Source: Gemmatimonadaceae bacterium
GTDB lineage: Bacteria; Gemmatimonadota; Gemmatimonadetes; Gemmatimonadales; Gemmatimonadaceae
DNA length: 64,000 nucleotides
NCBI GenBank assembly: GCA_051859245.1
Contig: JBHYGA010000004.1
Span: 832,001-896,000 of the forward strand
Direction of reading: 5' to 3'
The notes beneath the pieces were generated by a model, which ran no database searches, was not told where the DNA came from, and saw only the letters and a list, made by a program, of their open reading frames with translations. The stretch's first letter is position 1; each line of letters opens with the position of its first letter. Both the position numbers and the translations under genes were made by a program. Positions 39,105 through 49,118 of the stretch are shown in pieces.

Positions 39105-39134
39105 AGAGTAAGACGACGGTACGCGAGGCGTCAA
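39105..39134 (-). promoter_or_regulatory. Candidate sigma70 promoter for the CbiX-like gene
   Basis: On the minus strand TTGACG, an 18-nt spacer, then TACTCT, about 70 nt upstream of ATG 39033. Confidence 0.4.
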
Positions 39135-39141
39135 GTGTTCT

Positions 39142-39158
39142 TTGAGACTCGTTCTCAA
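39142..39158. promoter_or_regulatory. Fur-box-like palindromic operator
   Basis: TTGAGACTCGTTCTCAA (TTGAGA-N5-TCTCAA), a 13/15 match to the 7-1-7 Fur-like sequence TGAGAATCATTCTCA; next to the candidate -35. Confidence 0.55.
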
Positions 39159-39230
39159 CAAACGAATATTCCTGTTGGGTCGGCGCGGCCCGCAGGTCGC
39201 GCCTTGGCTGGATGCGCAGAGGAAGGCTGC

Positions 39231-39260
39231 GCCTCGGCAGGTTGTTGCCTCGGCAGGTTG
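39231..39260 (+). repeat. 14-bp direct repeat, two copies
   Basis: GCCTCGGCAGGTTG at 39231-39244 and 39247-39260, in an intergenic region. Confidence 0.6.
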
Positions 39261-39275
39261 CGTCAGCGAACGACG

Positions 39276-41150
39276 CTATTCGATCGGGATAAACACATCG
39301 CCCAGCGCCAGTGGCGACTGAGCGGGCGCGGATCGCTGCGTTGGCGGGGCCTCGCCAAAAATGTCGAAAGCTCGAATAGACGCGTCGACGGCCGCCAACG
39401 CGCGTTCGATCTCAGTGCTCGTTTTGCCAATCTCCCACCGGTACACCGCACCCGACGCGGCGTACGCGCCCATGCCGAGCAGCATGCCCGCACCGAGCAC
39501 CGGAGCGGCGAGCGCGGCACCTGCGAGCGCCATCACTTTGATACCAACGACTGCGCCGACACCTGCCCCGGCCGACACGCTGCTACCAATGCCAATGCCG
39601 TATCCCGCGATGTTCGCGCCGAGACCGCGTCGCAAATCGAGATGCATGGTGACTTCGCAGCCGCGTGGATCACCGGGAAGCGCGGCAATGGTCACGCGCA
39701 ACTCGCGCACGTACACACCGTAACGCGTCCACGTCCAGCGATAATCACCGCCCACCATATCCGGGATCTTGAACACGAGCACGCCGCCATCGAGTGGATG
39801 TCCACCAACCGTGTCCACCAGCTCAAGACTGTACGGTGCGGCTTGCAGCGCGCGGCCGAGCGCCGCGAGCACAACGCGTGGTGCAAAGCGGAACGGACGC
39901 GAGACGGCGAGCGAACGCTGTGTCGTGCCAAGCAAGCGCGTGGCAATACGATCTTGCCATGCGGGCACGGTGGCCGTCTGCTGCAACGACGCAGGTGCAC
40001 TCTTGAGCTCGGCAATCGCGAGCGCGACGTAACGCTGCGAAATTCCCGCTTCGATCGCCGCCGCTTCCACATCATGCGCGCGAAAGCCATCTGTCTGTGC
40101 AGCGCGTTCGGCGGTGCTGGTGTTGGCCACGGCGTCACCCGCGGGAAGCGCGCGAGTCTCTGCGCCAATTCCTGTATCGCGCACGCGATGCTCGAGACGC
40201 ATGGCTGCTTCAGCCTGCAGCTGTGCGGCGCGTCGCCACACGGCGTGCGCCTGATCGGTACTCATGACCATGCTGCCCGCCACTGATGTGGGCTGCGGCA
40301 CGGACTCCATGGCCTTGTGGAGCGCTTCGGCGAGCGCTTCGCCATTGGGATAACGATCCGCCGGATTCTTTTGCAAACAACAGTCGATCACACTCGCGAG
40401 TGCCGCCGGCACTTCGGGTGCGTAGGATCGCAGCGGCGGTGGATTCCGCGTGGCGTGCGCCACGATGATGGCTTGCGGAATGTCTCCCTCAAACGGCAGT
40501 CGACCACTCAGGGCGAGAAAGCCGGCCACCCCCAGCGCATACAGATCACTGCGTCCATCAAGCGTATCACCGGCGCACTGTTCCGGGCTCATGTAATGCA
40601 CGGTGCCGAGCACGTAGCCGTTGGCGGTGATCGACGGATCAAAATCGGTACGGGCAATACCAAAGTCGGTGACAACGGCGCGATTGGTAGCGCGATCGAG
40701 CAGAATGTTCTCCGGCTTTACGTCGCGGTGCACGATGCCGCGCGCGTGCGCGTAGGCGAGTGCCCACGCGACTTCGCGAAGAATGCGAACAACCTCCGCG
40801 GGGCCGAGCGGTCCACGATCGCGAATACGATCCGCTAACGTTTCGCCTTCTACATAGCCCATGGCGAAAAACGCGAGCCCGTCGAGTTCATCAGCGCGGT
40901 ACACCGGCACAATGTTGGGGTGCGACAGCTGCGCTGCGGTGCGCGCTTCGCGCAGAAATCGTTCGCGGGTTTCGCCCTGCGATGCGAGATGCTGCGGCAG
41001 AACTTTCAGTGCGACTGGTCGATCGAGTCGCTCGTCACGGGCCAGAAACACCACGCCCATGCCACCGCGACCGAGTTCGCGTTCAATCGTGTATTGGCCG
41101 CGCAGCGCCGCGCGCAGAGAGACGAGTTCACCGGTGGTTGAGCTGGGCAT
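39276..41150 (-). CDS. Hanks-type Ser/Thr protein kinase with C-terminal membrane domain
   Basis: LGRGGMG, VALK, HRDVKPEN, DFG, YMSPE and SDLYALG; C-terminal hydrophobic helices. Confidence 0.93.
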   Translation of the reverse strand: MPSSTTGELVSLRAALRGQYTIERELGRGGMGVVFLARDERLDRPVALKVLPQHLASQGETRERFLREARTAAQLSHPNIVPVYRADELDGLAFFAMGYVEGETLADRIRDRGPLGPAEVVRILREVAWALAYAHARGIVHRDVKPENILLDRATNRAVVTDFGIARTDFDPSITANGYVLGTVHYMSPEQCAGDTLDGRSDLYALGVAGFLALSGRLPFEGDIPQAIIVAHATRNPPPLRSYAPEVPAALASVIDCCLQKNPADRYPNGEALAEALHKAMESVPQPTSVAGSMVMSTDQAHAVWRRAAQLQAEAAMRLEHRVRDTGIGAETRALPAGDAVANTSTAERAAQTDGFRAHDVEAAAIEAGISQRYVALAIAELKSAPASLQQTATVPAWQDRIATRLLGTTQRSLAVSRPFRFAPRVVLAALGRALQAAPYSLELVDTVGGHPLDGGVLVFKIPDMVGGDYRWTWTRYGVYVRELRVTIAALPGDPRGCEVTMHLDLRRGLGANIAGYGIGIGSSVSAGAGVGAVVGIKVMALAGAALAAPVLGAGMLLGMGAYAASGAVYRWEIGKTSTEIERALAAVDASIRAFDIFGEAPPTQRSAPAQSPLALGDVFIPIE

Positions 41151-41190
41151 TGTTTTCAATATTACGACGAGGGACGCCGTGATGTTACAA

Positions 41191-41219
41191 GGGGCGACCG
41201 TCTGATAGACGATCGCCCC
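41191..41219 (-). terminator. Hairpin downstream of the metalloprotease gene
   Basis: Minus strand GGGGCGATCGTCT-ATC-AGACGGTCGCCCC (13-bp stem with one G-U pair); weak U tract. Confidence 0.55.
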
Positions 41220-41242
41220 CTGATTCCCGCCTGCTGAACCGA

Positions 41243-43810
41243 TTACTTCGCTGGTTCGAGCATTTCCTTGATCTGATCGCGAGAGTCCTGCAGGTGCGCG
41301 CGGCTGGCGCGGTCACTCGTGCGCGCGATGGCGGCCGCCAACTCGCGATCAAGATCACGCATTTCTGCCTTGAGCAACGGACGCACGTCCGCGGTGCTCA
41401 CCGCACCCGCTCCACCAAAGCCACCTGGGAAGCCGGCTGGTGCAGCGGCCGGCGCCGGCGGGTTGATCTTCGAAGCCATTGCTTCGAGGTACGTGCGCTG
41501 CAGCCGACGACGATAAATGTCGATGGACTGTCCGGCGTAGATCTCCTTCCAGAGGCCGCGACGCAGATCGGTGAGCATCTCCGCGAGCGGATAGACATCG
41601 CGGCGTGACTTCGCCGCGGCTTCCATTTCGAGCATGCGCTGCATGCGATCGTTGGCAACGAGCGACGAAAGCGCACGAGCCTGCGATCCACTGATGCGCG
41701 CCAGGCTTCCCGACGGCTCCAGTCGATTGATGATGCTCGGCTCAAGCAAATACGTGGGCGTGGTAAAGGCGTTGTCCACGAGGAACTTGAGCGCTTCACG
41801 CTGACGCGACGCTTCGACGGGCACGTATACATCACCCGGCTGACCAACACGCTTTTCCGTCTTGTAGGCACCACCAACAACGCGCGCGACGTGCGCCATT
41901 TCCGTGGCCCACTGTCCAACGAGTCGCGTATACAGCTGCTGCATGTCGCTGTAATCATCACCCACGCGCGTGTTCGACGCGGGCTCGATCATCTTGATGA
42001 TGCGCTTGATGTTTTTGACACCAAGCTCCGTGGCGCGCACGGCATCGGCGTCACCAATGGCTTCCGACTGTTCGCCCGGATCGGATCCGGCCGCGCCCGC
42101 ATCACTTGCAAAGCGATACCACGGAATGGTGTCCTGCATGCGAGCCCACTTCTCAAGCGTGGGCTTCTCGTCTTCCGGCGTCCGCGCGCCCGGAATCGGT
42201 GTGTAGCCCCACATCACAGCGTACTTGTCGTACGGACCAACCTTCGGCACCAGATCTTCCACGGCAATGCCGTCTTCCGGCTGCGCGACGTAGTTCAAAC
42301 GCGCGTAGTCCATCAGGCTCGCCACGTGTCCCATGCGCTTCACAAAATCCTTGTTGCGAATGGAATCGATCGGATACATCGAGCTCGACTTGAAGTTGTG
42401 CGGAAAGCCGAGCGTGTGTCCGACTTCGTGCGCCACGACATACTGCACGAGGCGTCCCATGAGTTCATCGGGATACGGATACTGCAGCACACGCTTGTCG
42501 AGGTGACCCACCTGCGTGAAGTACCACGTGCGCTGCAGGTTCATGATGTTGTGATACATCATGACATCAGCGTCGAGGATTTCACCGGAGCGTGGATCAA
42601 CCGTGCTAGGTCCCACGGCGTTTTCAGTGGGGCTGGCGAGCCAACGCACCACAGCGATCGTAGCGTCTTCCGGATTCCAGTCGGGATTATTCTTGGGCGC
42701 TTCCGCGGCCACGATGCCCTTTGAGAAACCGGCCACTTCAAACGCCGACTGCCACTCTTCAATGCCCTTCTTCACATACGGCACGAGCCATTCGGGCGTG
42801 CCGGGATCCACGTGGTACGTGATCGGCTTCTTGGGCACGCACAGGTTACCGACTTTCTGATCGGAGCACTCAAGGCGCCAGCGGTTGGCAAAACGACGCG
42901 TGACCACACGCTGCTCAGGCGAACCGAAGTCTGTTTGCGTCGTGGAGAAGAATCCAACGCGCGAATCTGCCAGGCGCGCCTGCATGGGCACTTCCGGGAG
43001 CTTCACGAGCGAGTAATGGTACAGCGTGGTGCCGCCGTTGCCTGCTCCACCACCACCACCGCCGCCCGGTGCCGCCGTGGCCGTGCACGTGAGCGACGCG
43101 TCGACTTCCACGTTGCGTTCGTACGGCGACATGCGTTCGACAAAGCTGCGTGACGCATCACGTGCCGGTCGCGCACAACCCTGCGAGAACTCATCAATCT
43201 GGCCGGTGAACATGCGCGACACATCGATCACGGCGCTTGAGTCACGACCAAACGCTTCGACATTGAAGGCGGCAATGATCGTGCTGTAGCGAATCATGTC
43301 GACCGACTTGTTGATCGAGCCGGTGTCGCTGGAGACGTTACGCAGATTCGATTCGCGCATGAGGATGCGCGAGCCCACTCGCTCAAAGCGCACCAACGCC
43401 TGTCCGGCCGTTGTGCCGCCGCTCACGCCGTTGGGCGTGGCGCGAATGGTGCGCACCACGATCATGTCTTTGTTCAGTTCCGCGGCCGGAATCTCAAAGA
43501 ACCAACGACCGCGAATTTCGTGCACGCCAAAGAGTCCCTGCTTGGACTTCGCCTGCGCCGTGATCACCGAGGCGTACGGACGCGGCGTGGGATCACCGCC
43601 CGCGCCGCCTGGAGCGCCGCCCGGTGCACCGCCGCCTGCGGGCGGCTGCGCTGTCCCGCCGCCCGGGGGCGTGGTCGGCGTTTGCGGATTGTTGGTGGTG
43701 TTCGCCGGTCGTGCACCCGCATTGGGTCGCGGCGAAGGAGAGGGCGCAGGCTGGCGACACGCGGTCACAAGGACCACGGCCGTCACCGCTGAGAGAGCGA
43801 AGACGCGCAT
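41243..43810 (-). CDS. Zinc-dependent metalloprotease lipoprotein (DUF5117/DUF5118 plus EcxA-like metzincin)
   Basis: Lipobox VTAC; RLADSRVGFF, DPRSGEILDAD, HEVGHTLGFPHN and Met-turn SLMDY. Confidence 0.9.
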   Translation of the reverse strand: MRVFALSAVTAVVLVTACRQPAPSPSPRPNAGARPANTTNNPQTPTTPPGGGTAQPPAGGGAPGGAPGGAGGDPTPRPYASVITAQAKSKQGLFGVHEIRGRWFFEIPAAELNKDMIVVRTIRATPNGVSGGTTAGQALVRFERVGSRILMRESNLRNVSSDTGSINKSVDMIRYSTIIAAFNVEAFGRDSSAVIDVSRMFTGQIDEFSQGCARPARDASRSFVERMSPYERNVEVDASLTCTATAAPGGGGGGGAGNGGTTLYHYSLVKLPEVPMQARLADSRVGFFSTTQTDFGSPEQRVVTRRFANRWRLECSDQKVGNLCVPKKPITYHVDPGTPEWLVPYVKKGIEEWQSAFEVAGFSKGIVAAEAPKNNPDWNPEDATIAVVRWLASPTENAVGPSTVDPRSGEILDADVMMYHNIMNLQRTWYFTQVGHLDKRVLQYPYPDELMGRLVQYVVAHEVGHTLGFPHNFKSSSMYPIDSIRNKDFVKRMGHVASLMDYARLNYVAQPEDGIAVEDLVPKVGPYDKYAVMWGYTPIPGARTPEDEKPTLEKWARMQDTIPWYRFASDAGAAGSDPGEQSEAIGDADAVRATELGVKNIKRIIKMIEPASNTRVGDDYSDMQQLYTRLVGQWATEMAHVARVVGGAYKTEKRVGQPGDVYVPVEASRQREALKFLVDNAFTTPTYLLEPSIINRLEPSGSLARISGSQARALSSLVANDRMQRMLEMEAAAKSRRDVYPLAEMLTDLRRGLWKEIYAGQSIDIYRRRLQRTYLEAMASKINPPAPAAAPAGFPGGFGGAGAVSTADVRPLLKAEMRDLDRELAAAIARTSDRASRAHLQDSRDQIKEMLEPAK

Positions 43811-43921
43811 GTGCGAGTGATGAAGAGGGAAATCGAGGTGGGCAGTGGCGATTGGTTGTCCAACCTGTCACGTTTCCTAAACTAAACGCCTGCCGATCGA
43901 ACCGCCGTCGACCCCTTCTTC

Positions 43922-45910
43922 GTGCCCAACGCGTTTCCTTCCTCGGTTCCGCTCTCTGCCACACTGCGCTCGCCGTTTGACGGCGGACTTCGCGCGCCCG
44001 ACGATCGATCCGTCGCGGTCGCTGCGTGGAGCCAGGACGGTCGCATCCTCGATGCGAATGACGCGTTTCTGTCGCTAGTCGGCGCAACGCACGACGCGTT
44101 GCTCGCCGGCGAACTGTCGTGGGAGGCACTCGAAGATCCTGTCGCGGCCGCCTCAACGCGCGTGATGCGCACGCTGGTGGCCGAAGCAGGTATGGCGCCA
44201 CCGTACGAAACGCTGCTGCGTCATCGCGATGGTAGCACCGTGCCGGTGCTGGTGGTGGTCACCACGCTGGATCGTGTGCGCGGTGTGGGGTGGTGCTTTG
44301 CGCTCGACCTGCGTACGCAGAAAGCCACCGAAGCCGCGCTGCGCACCTCTGAGGAGCGGTACCGACTGGTCACGCGCGCCGCGGGCGGTGCGATCTGGGA
44401 GTGGGACCTCGCGCGCGAGCAGATCACCTTCCTCGACGGCATGGCCGATCGCTTCGGATGGGATGTCGCGGGACGTCCGTTGCCGCTGCACTGGTGGCAC
44501 GAGCGCATTCATCCGGATGATGTGGGTGCGTTGCTCGCGACGGCCGAAGAAGTGCACGAAAGCCGTGTGGGCAACGCCACGCATTCGTATCGCTTTCGTC
44601 GTGCCGACAACAGCTGGGCCATGGTGCACGATCACTTTCACGTGGTGCGTGATAGCGGCGGTCGTCCGGAACGCGTGATTGGTGTCATGCTCGATGCGAC
44701 CGATCGTCACGCGCTGGAAGAGCAGTTGCGACAGGCCCAGAAAATGGACGCCGTTGGTCGACTCGCTGGTGGCGTGGCGCACGACTTCAACAACCTTCTC
44801 ACGGTGATTCGCGGCAACGCCTCACTGTTGCTCGAGCAACTGGCGCCGGAAAGTGAGTTGCGTGGTGAGCTGCAGGAGATTGAGCGCGCGGCTTCACGCG
44901 CCAGTGATCTCACGCGTCAGCTGCTGGCGTTTGGTCGCAAACAGGTGCTGCAGCCGCAGGATCTGGATCTGAATGCCGTTGTGGCGCAACTCACGCGCAT
45001 GCTCGATCGCCTGATTCCGAAAACAATCACCGTTCGTCTCACGCCAGCGCACGAAGTGGGGTTGGTGCGCGCCGATCGCGGGCAGTTGGAGCAAGTGATT
45101 CTGAATCTCGTGATCAACGCACGCGATTCCATGCCCGAGGGTGGTGCACTGGAGTTGCGGACCGGCGAGTTTGGCGTGGGACGTGCGCACGGTGGGTGGA
45201 CGGGTGATGGACCCGTTGCTCCACCTGATGTCCCGATACGTCCGGGACGCTACATCTATCTCTCCGTGACCGATACAGGTGCGGGAATGGACGAAGGCAC
45301 ACGTGCGCGCGCATTTGAACCGTTCTTCACCACCAAAGCCGTTGGACAAGGCACAGGACTTGGCCTGGCCACAGTGTACGGCATCGTGAAGCAGAGTGAC
45401 GGATACGTGTGGATTGACAGTGCGCCCATGCGCGGAACGGTCGTGCATGTATGTTTGCCGCGCGTTGAAGCCGAAACTCGCGTTGCTCGGCCCACGCCCG
45501 TGGCGGTGCCGGCAGTACCGGGTCCGCGTACTGTGTTGCTCGTGGAAGACGAAGATGGCGTGCGTGATCTCACGCAGCGTGTGCTTGAGCGTCAGGGCTA
45601 TCTCGTGTTTGTCGCCCGCGACGGCGTGGAAGCGTTAGCGCTCTTTGATGATCACAAGCACGAAATTGATGTGCTGGTCACCGATGTGGTGATGCCGCGT
45701 CTGGGTGGCAGCGAACTGGTGGGCAAAGTGCGCGCACAGCGCAGCGATTTGCCGGTGTTGTTCATGTCCGGGTACGCGCGCAACGCCGCCATTCGTGGGG
45801 CGCCCGGTGATCGACGCACGCGCTTTTTGCAGAAGCCGTTTACGGTGCCTGCATTTCAGCAGGCGGTGGCGGAACTGCTGGCGCACGCTGGGCCGCGGCG
45901 AGCGCGATAG
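43922..45910 (+). CDS. Cytoplasmic hybrid histidine kinase (PAS-PAS-HisKA-HATPase-REC)
   Basis: IHPDD PAS domain, [31 protein letters not shown], receiver LLVEDE...TDVVMP...MSGY...KPF. Confidence 0.93.
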   Translation: MPNAFPSSVPLSATLRSPFDGGLRAPDDRSVAVAAWSQDGRILDANDAFLSLVGATHDALLAGELSWEALEDPVAAASTRVMRTLVAEAGMAPPYETLLRHRDGSTVPVLVVVTTLDRVRGVGWCFALDLRTQKATEAALRTSEERYRLVTRAAGGAIWEWDLAREQITFLDGMADRFGWDVAGRPLPLHWWHERIHPDDVGALLATAEEVHESRVGNATHSYRFRRADNSWAMVHDHFHVVRDSGGRPERVIGVMLDATDRHALEEQLRQAQKMDAVGRLAGGVAHDFNNLLTVIRGNASLLLEQLAPESELRGELQEIERAASRASDLTRQLLAFGRKQVLQPQDLDLNAVVAQLTRMLDRLIPKTITVRLTPAHEVGLVRADRGQLEQVILNLVINARDSMPEGGALELRTGEFGVGRAHGGWTGDGPVAPPDVPIRPGRYIYLSVTDTGAGMDEGTRARAFEPFFTTKAVGQGTGLGLATVYGIVKQSDGYVWIDSAPMRGTVVHVCLPRVEAETRVARPTPVAVPAVPGPRTVLLVEDEDGVRDLTQRVLERQGYLVFVARDGVEALALFDDHKHEIDVLVTDVVMPRLGGSELVGKVRAQRSDLPVLFMSGYARNAAIRGAPGDRRTRFLQKPFTVPAFQQAVAELLAHAGPRRAR

Positions 45911-45983
45911 TCGCGCGTTGCCGCAGCGAGTGGTAACACGTTGCAAGGTGTTGTCTCACGTCCGCGACACAACGTGCGTCACA

Positions 45984-47669
45984 TCAGCGTGCCGACGCGC
46001 GCAACGTGTGCACAAGCCAGTCGGCCAAGACGCCGAGCGTCTCCGCGGTGACTTTGCGATCGGGCAGCGTGCCGTATCCACCGGGAACGCCTGACGAATC
46101 ACGCTGAAACAGGTGATTCGTGTTGCGCAGTCGATGCACGGTCACGTTCGTGTTGCCGCCGGCGCGCATCGCGGCCGCCAACGTATCAGCCTGCTCCGCC
46201 GTGACCTGAAGATCGCGTTCTCCCTGCAGAATCAACACGGGTTGTTGTACCCGACGCGCCGTTGGCAGTGGATCGTACGCCAGAAACTCACGAAGCCACG
46301 GATTGTCGCGCGCGAGTGCTGAGGATTGCTCCTGCGCACTGCGAACCGCCGAGTCTCTCGACGATGCGGTCGCATTTGGCATCATTTGCGCGATCGCATT
46401 GCGCTGTTGAAACGCGACAATGCGTGAGCCGGAGTACGCCGGTCCAGCCAGCACCGCAATGCCTGCGAGGCGCGCGTCGCTTGCCGCAACCATCGGCGCG
46501 ATGATGCCGCCTTCGCTGTGTCCCACCAGCGCGATGCGGTCACCGTCAATGTCGTCACGCGTGCGCAGCCATGTGACGGCCGCGCGTACATCGTCCGCAA
46601 AATCGCGCGACGTGGCGGCGGCGTGATTACCCGTGCTCGCACCCACGCCGCGATCGTCCAAACGCAGCACGGCAATGCCACGCGCGCCGAGGGTATCGGC
46701 GATCTGGCGAAAAATGCGGTAGCCTTCAATGCCGGGCAGTGCGCCGTCGCGCTCCTGTGCGCCGCTGCCGGAGATGGTGACAATCGCCGGCACGCGCGCG
46801 ATCGCACGGCGCGGCATGGTGAGTGTTCCCGCAAGCGTGTGTCCCGCCGGCGACGTGAACGTGACGTCGGTCGCGGAGTATGGCGCGTTGGCGGGTGCCG
46901 CGTAGGAAATCGGGGCCGTGTTTGGTGTGGCAACTGATGGTGGCAGGTCGCCCCACACAAATTCCACGCGCAGTCCTTGCGACGGTACACTGAATCGTAC
47001 CGGTCGACGGTCGGCGTGAAATTCGAACTCGCTCGTCAGTCCGGCCAAGGTGAGCGAAATCTTCGCGCCGCTGCGCGATATCACTCCTGGCAAGAGTCGC
47101 GCTCCGCTTGCGAGCATGATCCACGCGGTGTCCGCGGCTGTTTGTTGCGCGATCCATCCGGCGTGGGCGAGCGATTGATTGATCATCCAGCGTGCCCGCG
47201 CGCGCGCTGGCAACGCTGCCACGGGTGCGCCCAGCGCGGCACCGGTGGCAGGTGTCGTGTACACGTACGCGCTGTCGCCCCGCGTTTGCAGTGTCAGTCG
47301 CTGCATGGGTGCCTCGGTCTCGGCGGCGCCAGGACGCCATGCTTCCACCTGCACCGTGTACACACCGGCAGGTTCGCGCAGCTGTTCCGTCCATTTCATG
47401 CGAGGCTGACCGCGCATGCGCAGATCTCCCGACAGCGACGCCTCGCTGTGCACCATGCGCTCAACGCCCACGGTGTCGAATCCCGCGATGTACAACACCG
47501 TAAATCCGGCTTGCGCGGTGGCAGCGGTCGCAGGCGCTGGCGTGGTGCGGGTCTTGAACGTTGGCGATTGGGCGTGCGTCAGCCCGGCGCCGATTCCCAG
47601 CAGCAGCAGTCCGCCAATCGCGATGGCCAGTGGTCGCGCAATGCGCGAGCGGAACGGAAGGATCAGCAT
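45984..47669 (-). CDS. Secreted alpha/beta hydrolase (peptidase S9/esterase-like)
   Basis: Signal peptide; SGSGAQERD, DDRGVG, nucleophile GHSEG, GERDLQV and NHLF triad; extra N-terminal domain. Confidence 0.87.
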   Translation of the reverse strand: MLILPFRSRIARPLAIAIGGLLLLGIGAGLTHAQSPTFKTRTTPAPATAATAQAGFTVLYIAGFDTVGVERMVHSEASLSGDLRMRGQPRMKWTEQLREPAGVYTVQVEAWRPGAAETEAPMQRLTLQTRGDSAYVYTTPATGAALGAPVAALPARARARWMINQSLAHAGWIAQQTAADTAWIMLASGARLLPGVISRSGAKISLTLAGLTSEFEFHADRRPVRFSVPSQGLRVEFVWGDLPPSVATPNTAPISYAAPANAPYSATDVTFTSPAGHTLAGTLTMPRRAIARVPAIVTISGSGAQERDGALPGIEGYRIFRQIADTLGARGIAVLRLDDRGVGASTGNHAAATSRDFADDVRAAVTWLRTRDDIDGDRIALVGHSEGGIIAPMVAASDARLAGIAVLAGPAYSGSRIVAFQQRNAIAQMMPNATASSRDSAVRSAQEQSSALARDNPWLREFLAYDPLPTARRVQQPVLILQGERDLQVTAEQADTLAAAMRAGGNTNVTVHRLRNTNHLFQRDSSGVPGGYGTLPDRKVTAETLGVLADWLVHTLRASAR

Positions 47670-47683
47670 GACAGGAGCTCCGG

Positions 47684-47902
47684 TCAGGAGTCGGTGGGAT
47701 CAACAGGCGAGTCGAGATCAGCCGTGCTGTCTGGATCGAGTGCGGCGCGCGTGGCGATGTTGCGCCCCGCGCGTTTCAGTGCGGAGCGGAGCACGAACTC
47801 GATCTGCCCGTTGAGACTGCGCAGGTCATCATCGGCCCAACGCTGCATGGCGTCGAGCACGTTGCGATCCACGCGCAGTAGAAACGGTTTGCGTTCAGCC
47901 AC
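47684..47902 (-). CDS. Arc-like ribbon-helix-helix DNA-binding protein
   Basis: KPFLLRVD...WADDDLRSLNGQIEFVLR, directly downstream of the SPFH gene. Confidence 0.82.
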   Translation of the reverse strand: MAERKPFLLRVDRNVLDAMQRWADDDLRSLNGQIEFVLRSALKRAGRNIATRAALDPDSTADLDSPVDPTDS

Positions 47903-47971
47903 GGAGCATATGCCTCAAAGGAACATCAACCGGATTGGCGCCGCACTGCGTACGCGGCGCCAACCGTGTGT

Positions 47972-48847
47972 TTAGTGGTGAATCGTACCGGTGTTCACGA
48001 CCGGTGTTACGGCGCGATCAGAACAGAGCACCACGAGCAGATTGCTCACCATCGCCGCTTTGCGTTCGTCGTCGAAGTCTACGATGCGCTGGGCAGAGAG
48101 CTGTTCGAGTGCCATTTGCACCATGCCCACGGCACCTTCCACAATCGTTTGCCGCGCGGCGACCACGGCACTCGCCTGCTGCCGCTGCAACATGGCGGCG
48201 GCGATTTCCTGCGCGTAGGCCAGATGGCTGATGCGCGCCTCCAGCACTTCAACACCGGCCTTGGCCAGTCGTTCAATCAGCGCCTGCAACAAGCTGTGTG
48301 AGACAATGTCGGTGTGCGTGGAGAGCGAAATGTCAGCCTCGCCATGCGTGTCGTACGGATAGGTGCTGGCCAACGCACGGAGCGCGGACTCACTCTGCAT
48401 GTGCACGTACTCTTCGTAGTCGTTCACTTCGAACATCGCTTCGGCCGTATCGGTCACGCGCCACACGACAACGGCGGCGATATCCACCGGATTCGAGCGG
48501 GCGTCGTTCACTTTCAACTTGCCCGTTTCAAAGTTTCGCACGCGCAACGACACGGCCTTCTTGGCCATAAACGGATTGGTGAACCAGAGTCCTGGTTCTT
48601 TGACGGTGCCTTTGTACGTACCGAACAGCGTGAGGACCTTGCCCTCGTTCGGGTTGACCACAAAGAGCCCGGGCGTGAGGGCGGTGGCGATCGTGAGAAT
48701 GACCAGCGCGGAGACAACGCGCGTGCCGTCTTCGGCGCGAGCGCCCGTGGCAAACATCCAGACGCCCAGCGCGAAGGCGACAAAAATGAGCAGGGCCATG
48801 GCGATGCCGCCGACGGGCTTGGCCTGGGTCTCGTGGAACGTGGTCAT
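47972..48847 (-). CDS. SPFH/band 7 domain membrane protein
   Basis: Two TM helices; [26 protein letters not shown] and [27 protein letters not shown] before ATG 48847. Confidence 0.92.
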   Translation of the reverse strand: MTTFHETQAKPVGGIAMALLIFVAFALGVWMFATGARAEDGTRVVSALVILTIATALTPGLFVVNPNEGKVLTLFGTYKGTVKEPGLWFTNPFMAKKAVSLRVRNFETGKLKVNDARSNPVDIAAVVVWRVTDTAEAMFEVNDYEEYVHMQSESALRALASTYPYDTHGEADISLSTHTDIVSHSLLQALIERLAKAGVEVLEARISHLAYAQEIAAAMLQRQQASAVVAARQTIVEGAVGMVQMALEQLSAQRIVDFDDERKAAMVSNLLVVLCSDRAVTPVVNTGTIHH

Positions 48848-48888
48848 GGGCTCCTCATCAAAACGTGAAGGGTCGGAACGTGCGCTCA

Positions 48889-48902
48889 AAATGATATCAC
48901 TT
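48889..48902. promoter_or_regulatory. Palindromic candidate operator upstream of the SPFH-RHH operon
   Basis: AAATGATATCACTT with perfect core TGATATCA, AT-rich in a GC-rich background, about 45 nt upstream of the SPFH start. Confidence 0.5.
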
Positions 48903-49052
48903 CAATATCTTACGGACCAGGTCTCGGCTGGTTTCAGGGGGGCGTTTCGTGCTCGCAGCGTAAGGACGACTCCGCATTTACCGAGGGTCCGGTTGGTACT
49001 TCTGCTGATTGAGCGGCAGGTGTTGCGCCAGTTACGATCCGTTTCGTTGTTG

Positions 49053-49069
49053 TCGGGAACGATTCTCAT
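49053..49069. promoter_or_regulatory. Fur-box-like operator upstream of the hmuY-like gene
   Basis: TCGGGAACGATTCTCAT; reverse strand TGAGAATCGTTCCCG is a 12/15 match to TGAGAATCATTCTCA; 13/17 identical to the site at 39142-39158. Confidence 0.55.
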
Positions 49070-49118
49070 TTACGCCTGGCCGCTGGTTCAGCGGCCGTGC
49101 ACCACTATCTGGTGACCC

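Noticed and set aside
39034..39275. Cobalamin riboswitch upstream of the CbiX-like gene
   Set aside because: Only short hairpins are present; no B12-box or GGGAA/GCCCCCGC/ACTG core was found.
39135..40286. 383-aa plus-strand ORF (likewise 20027-20986, 46977-47975 and 49875-50864)
   Set aside because: Antisense shadows of well-supported genes, as expected in high-GC DNA; no recognisable motifs.
47684..47902. RHH protein as the antitoxin of a toxin-antitoxin pair
   Set aside because: No toxin gene is adjacent; the neighbours are SPFH and a secreted hydrolase.
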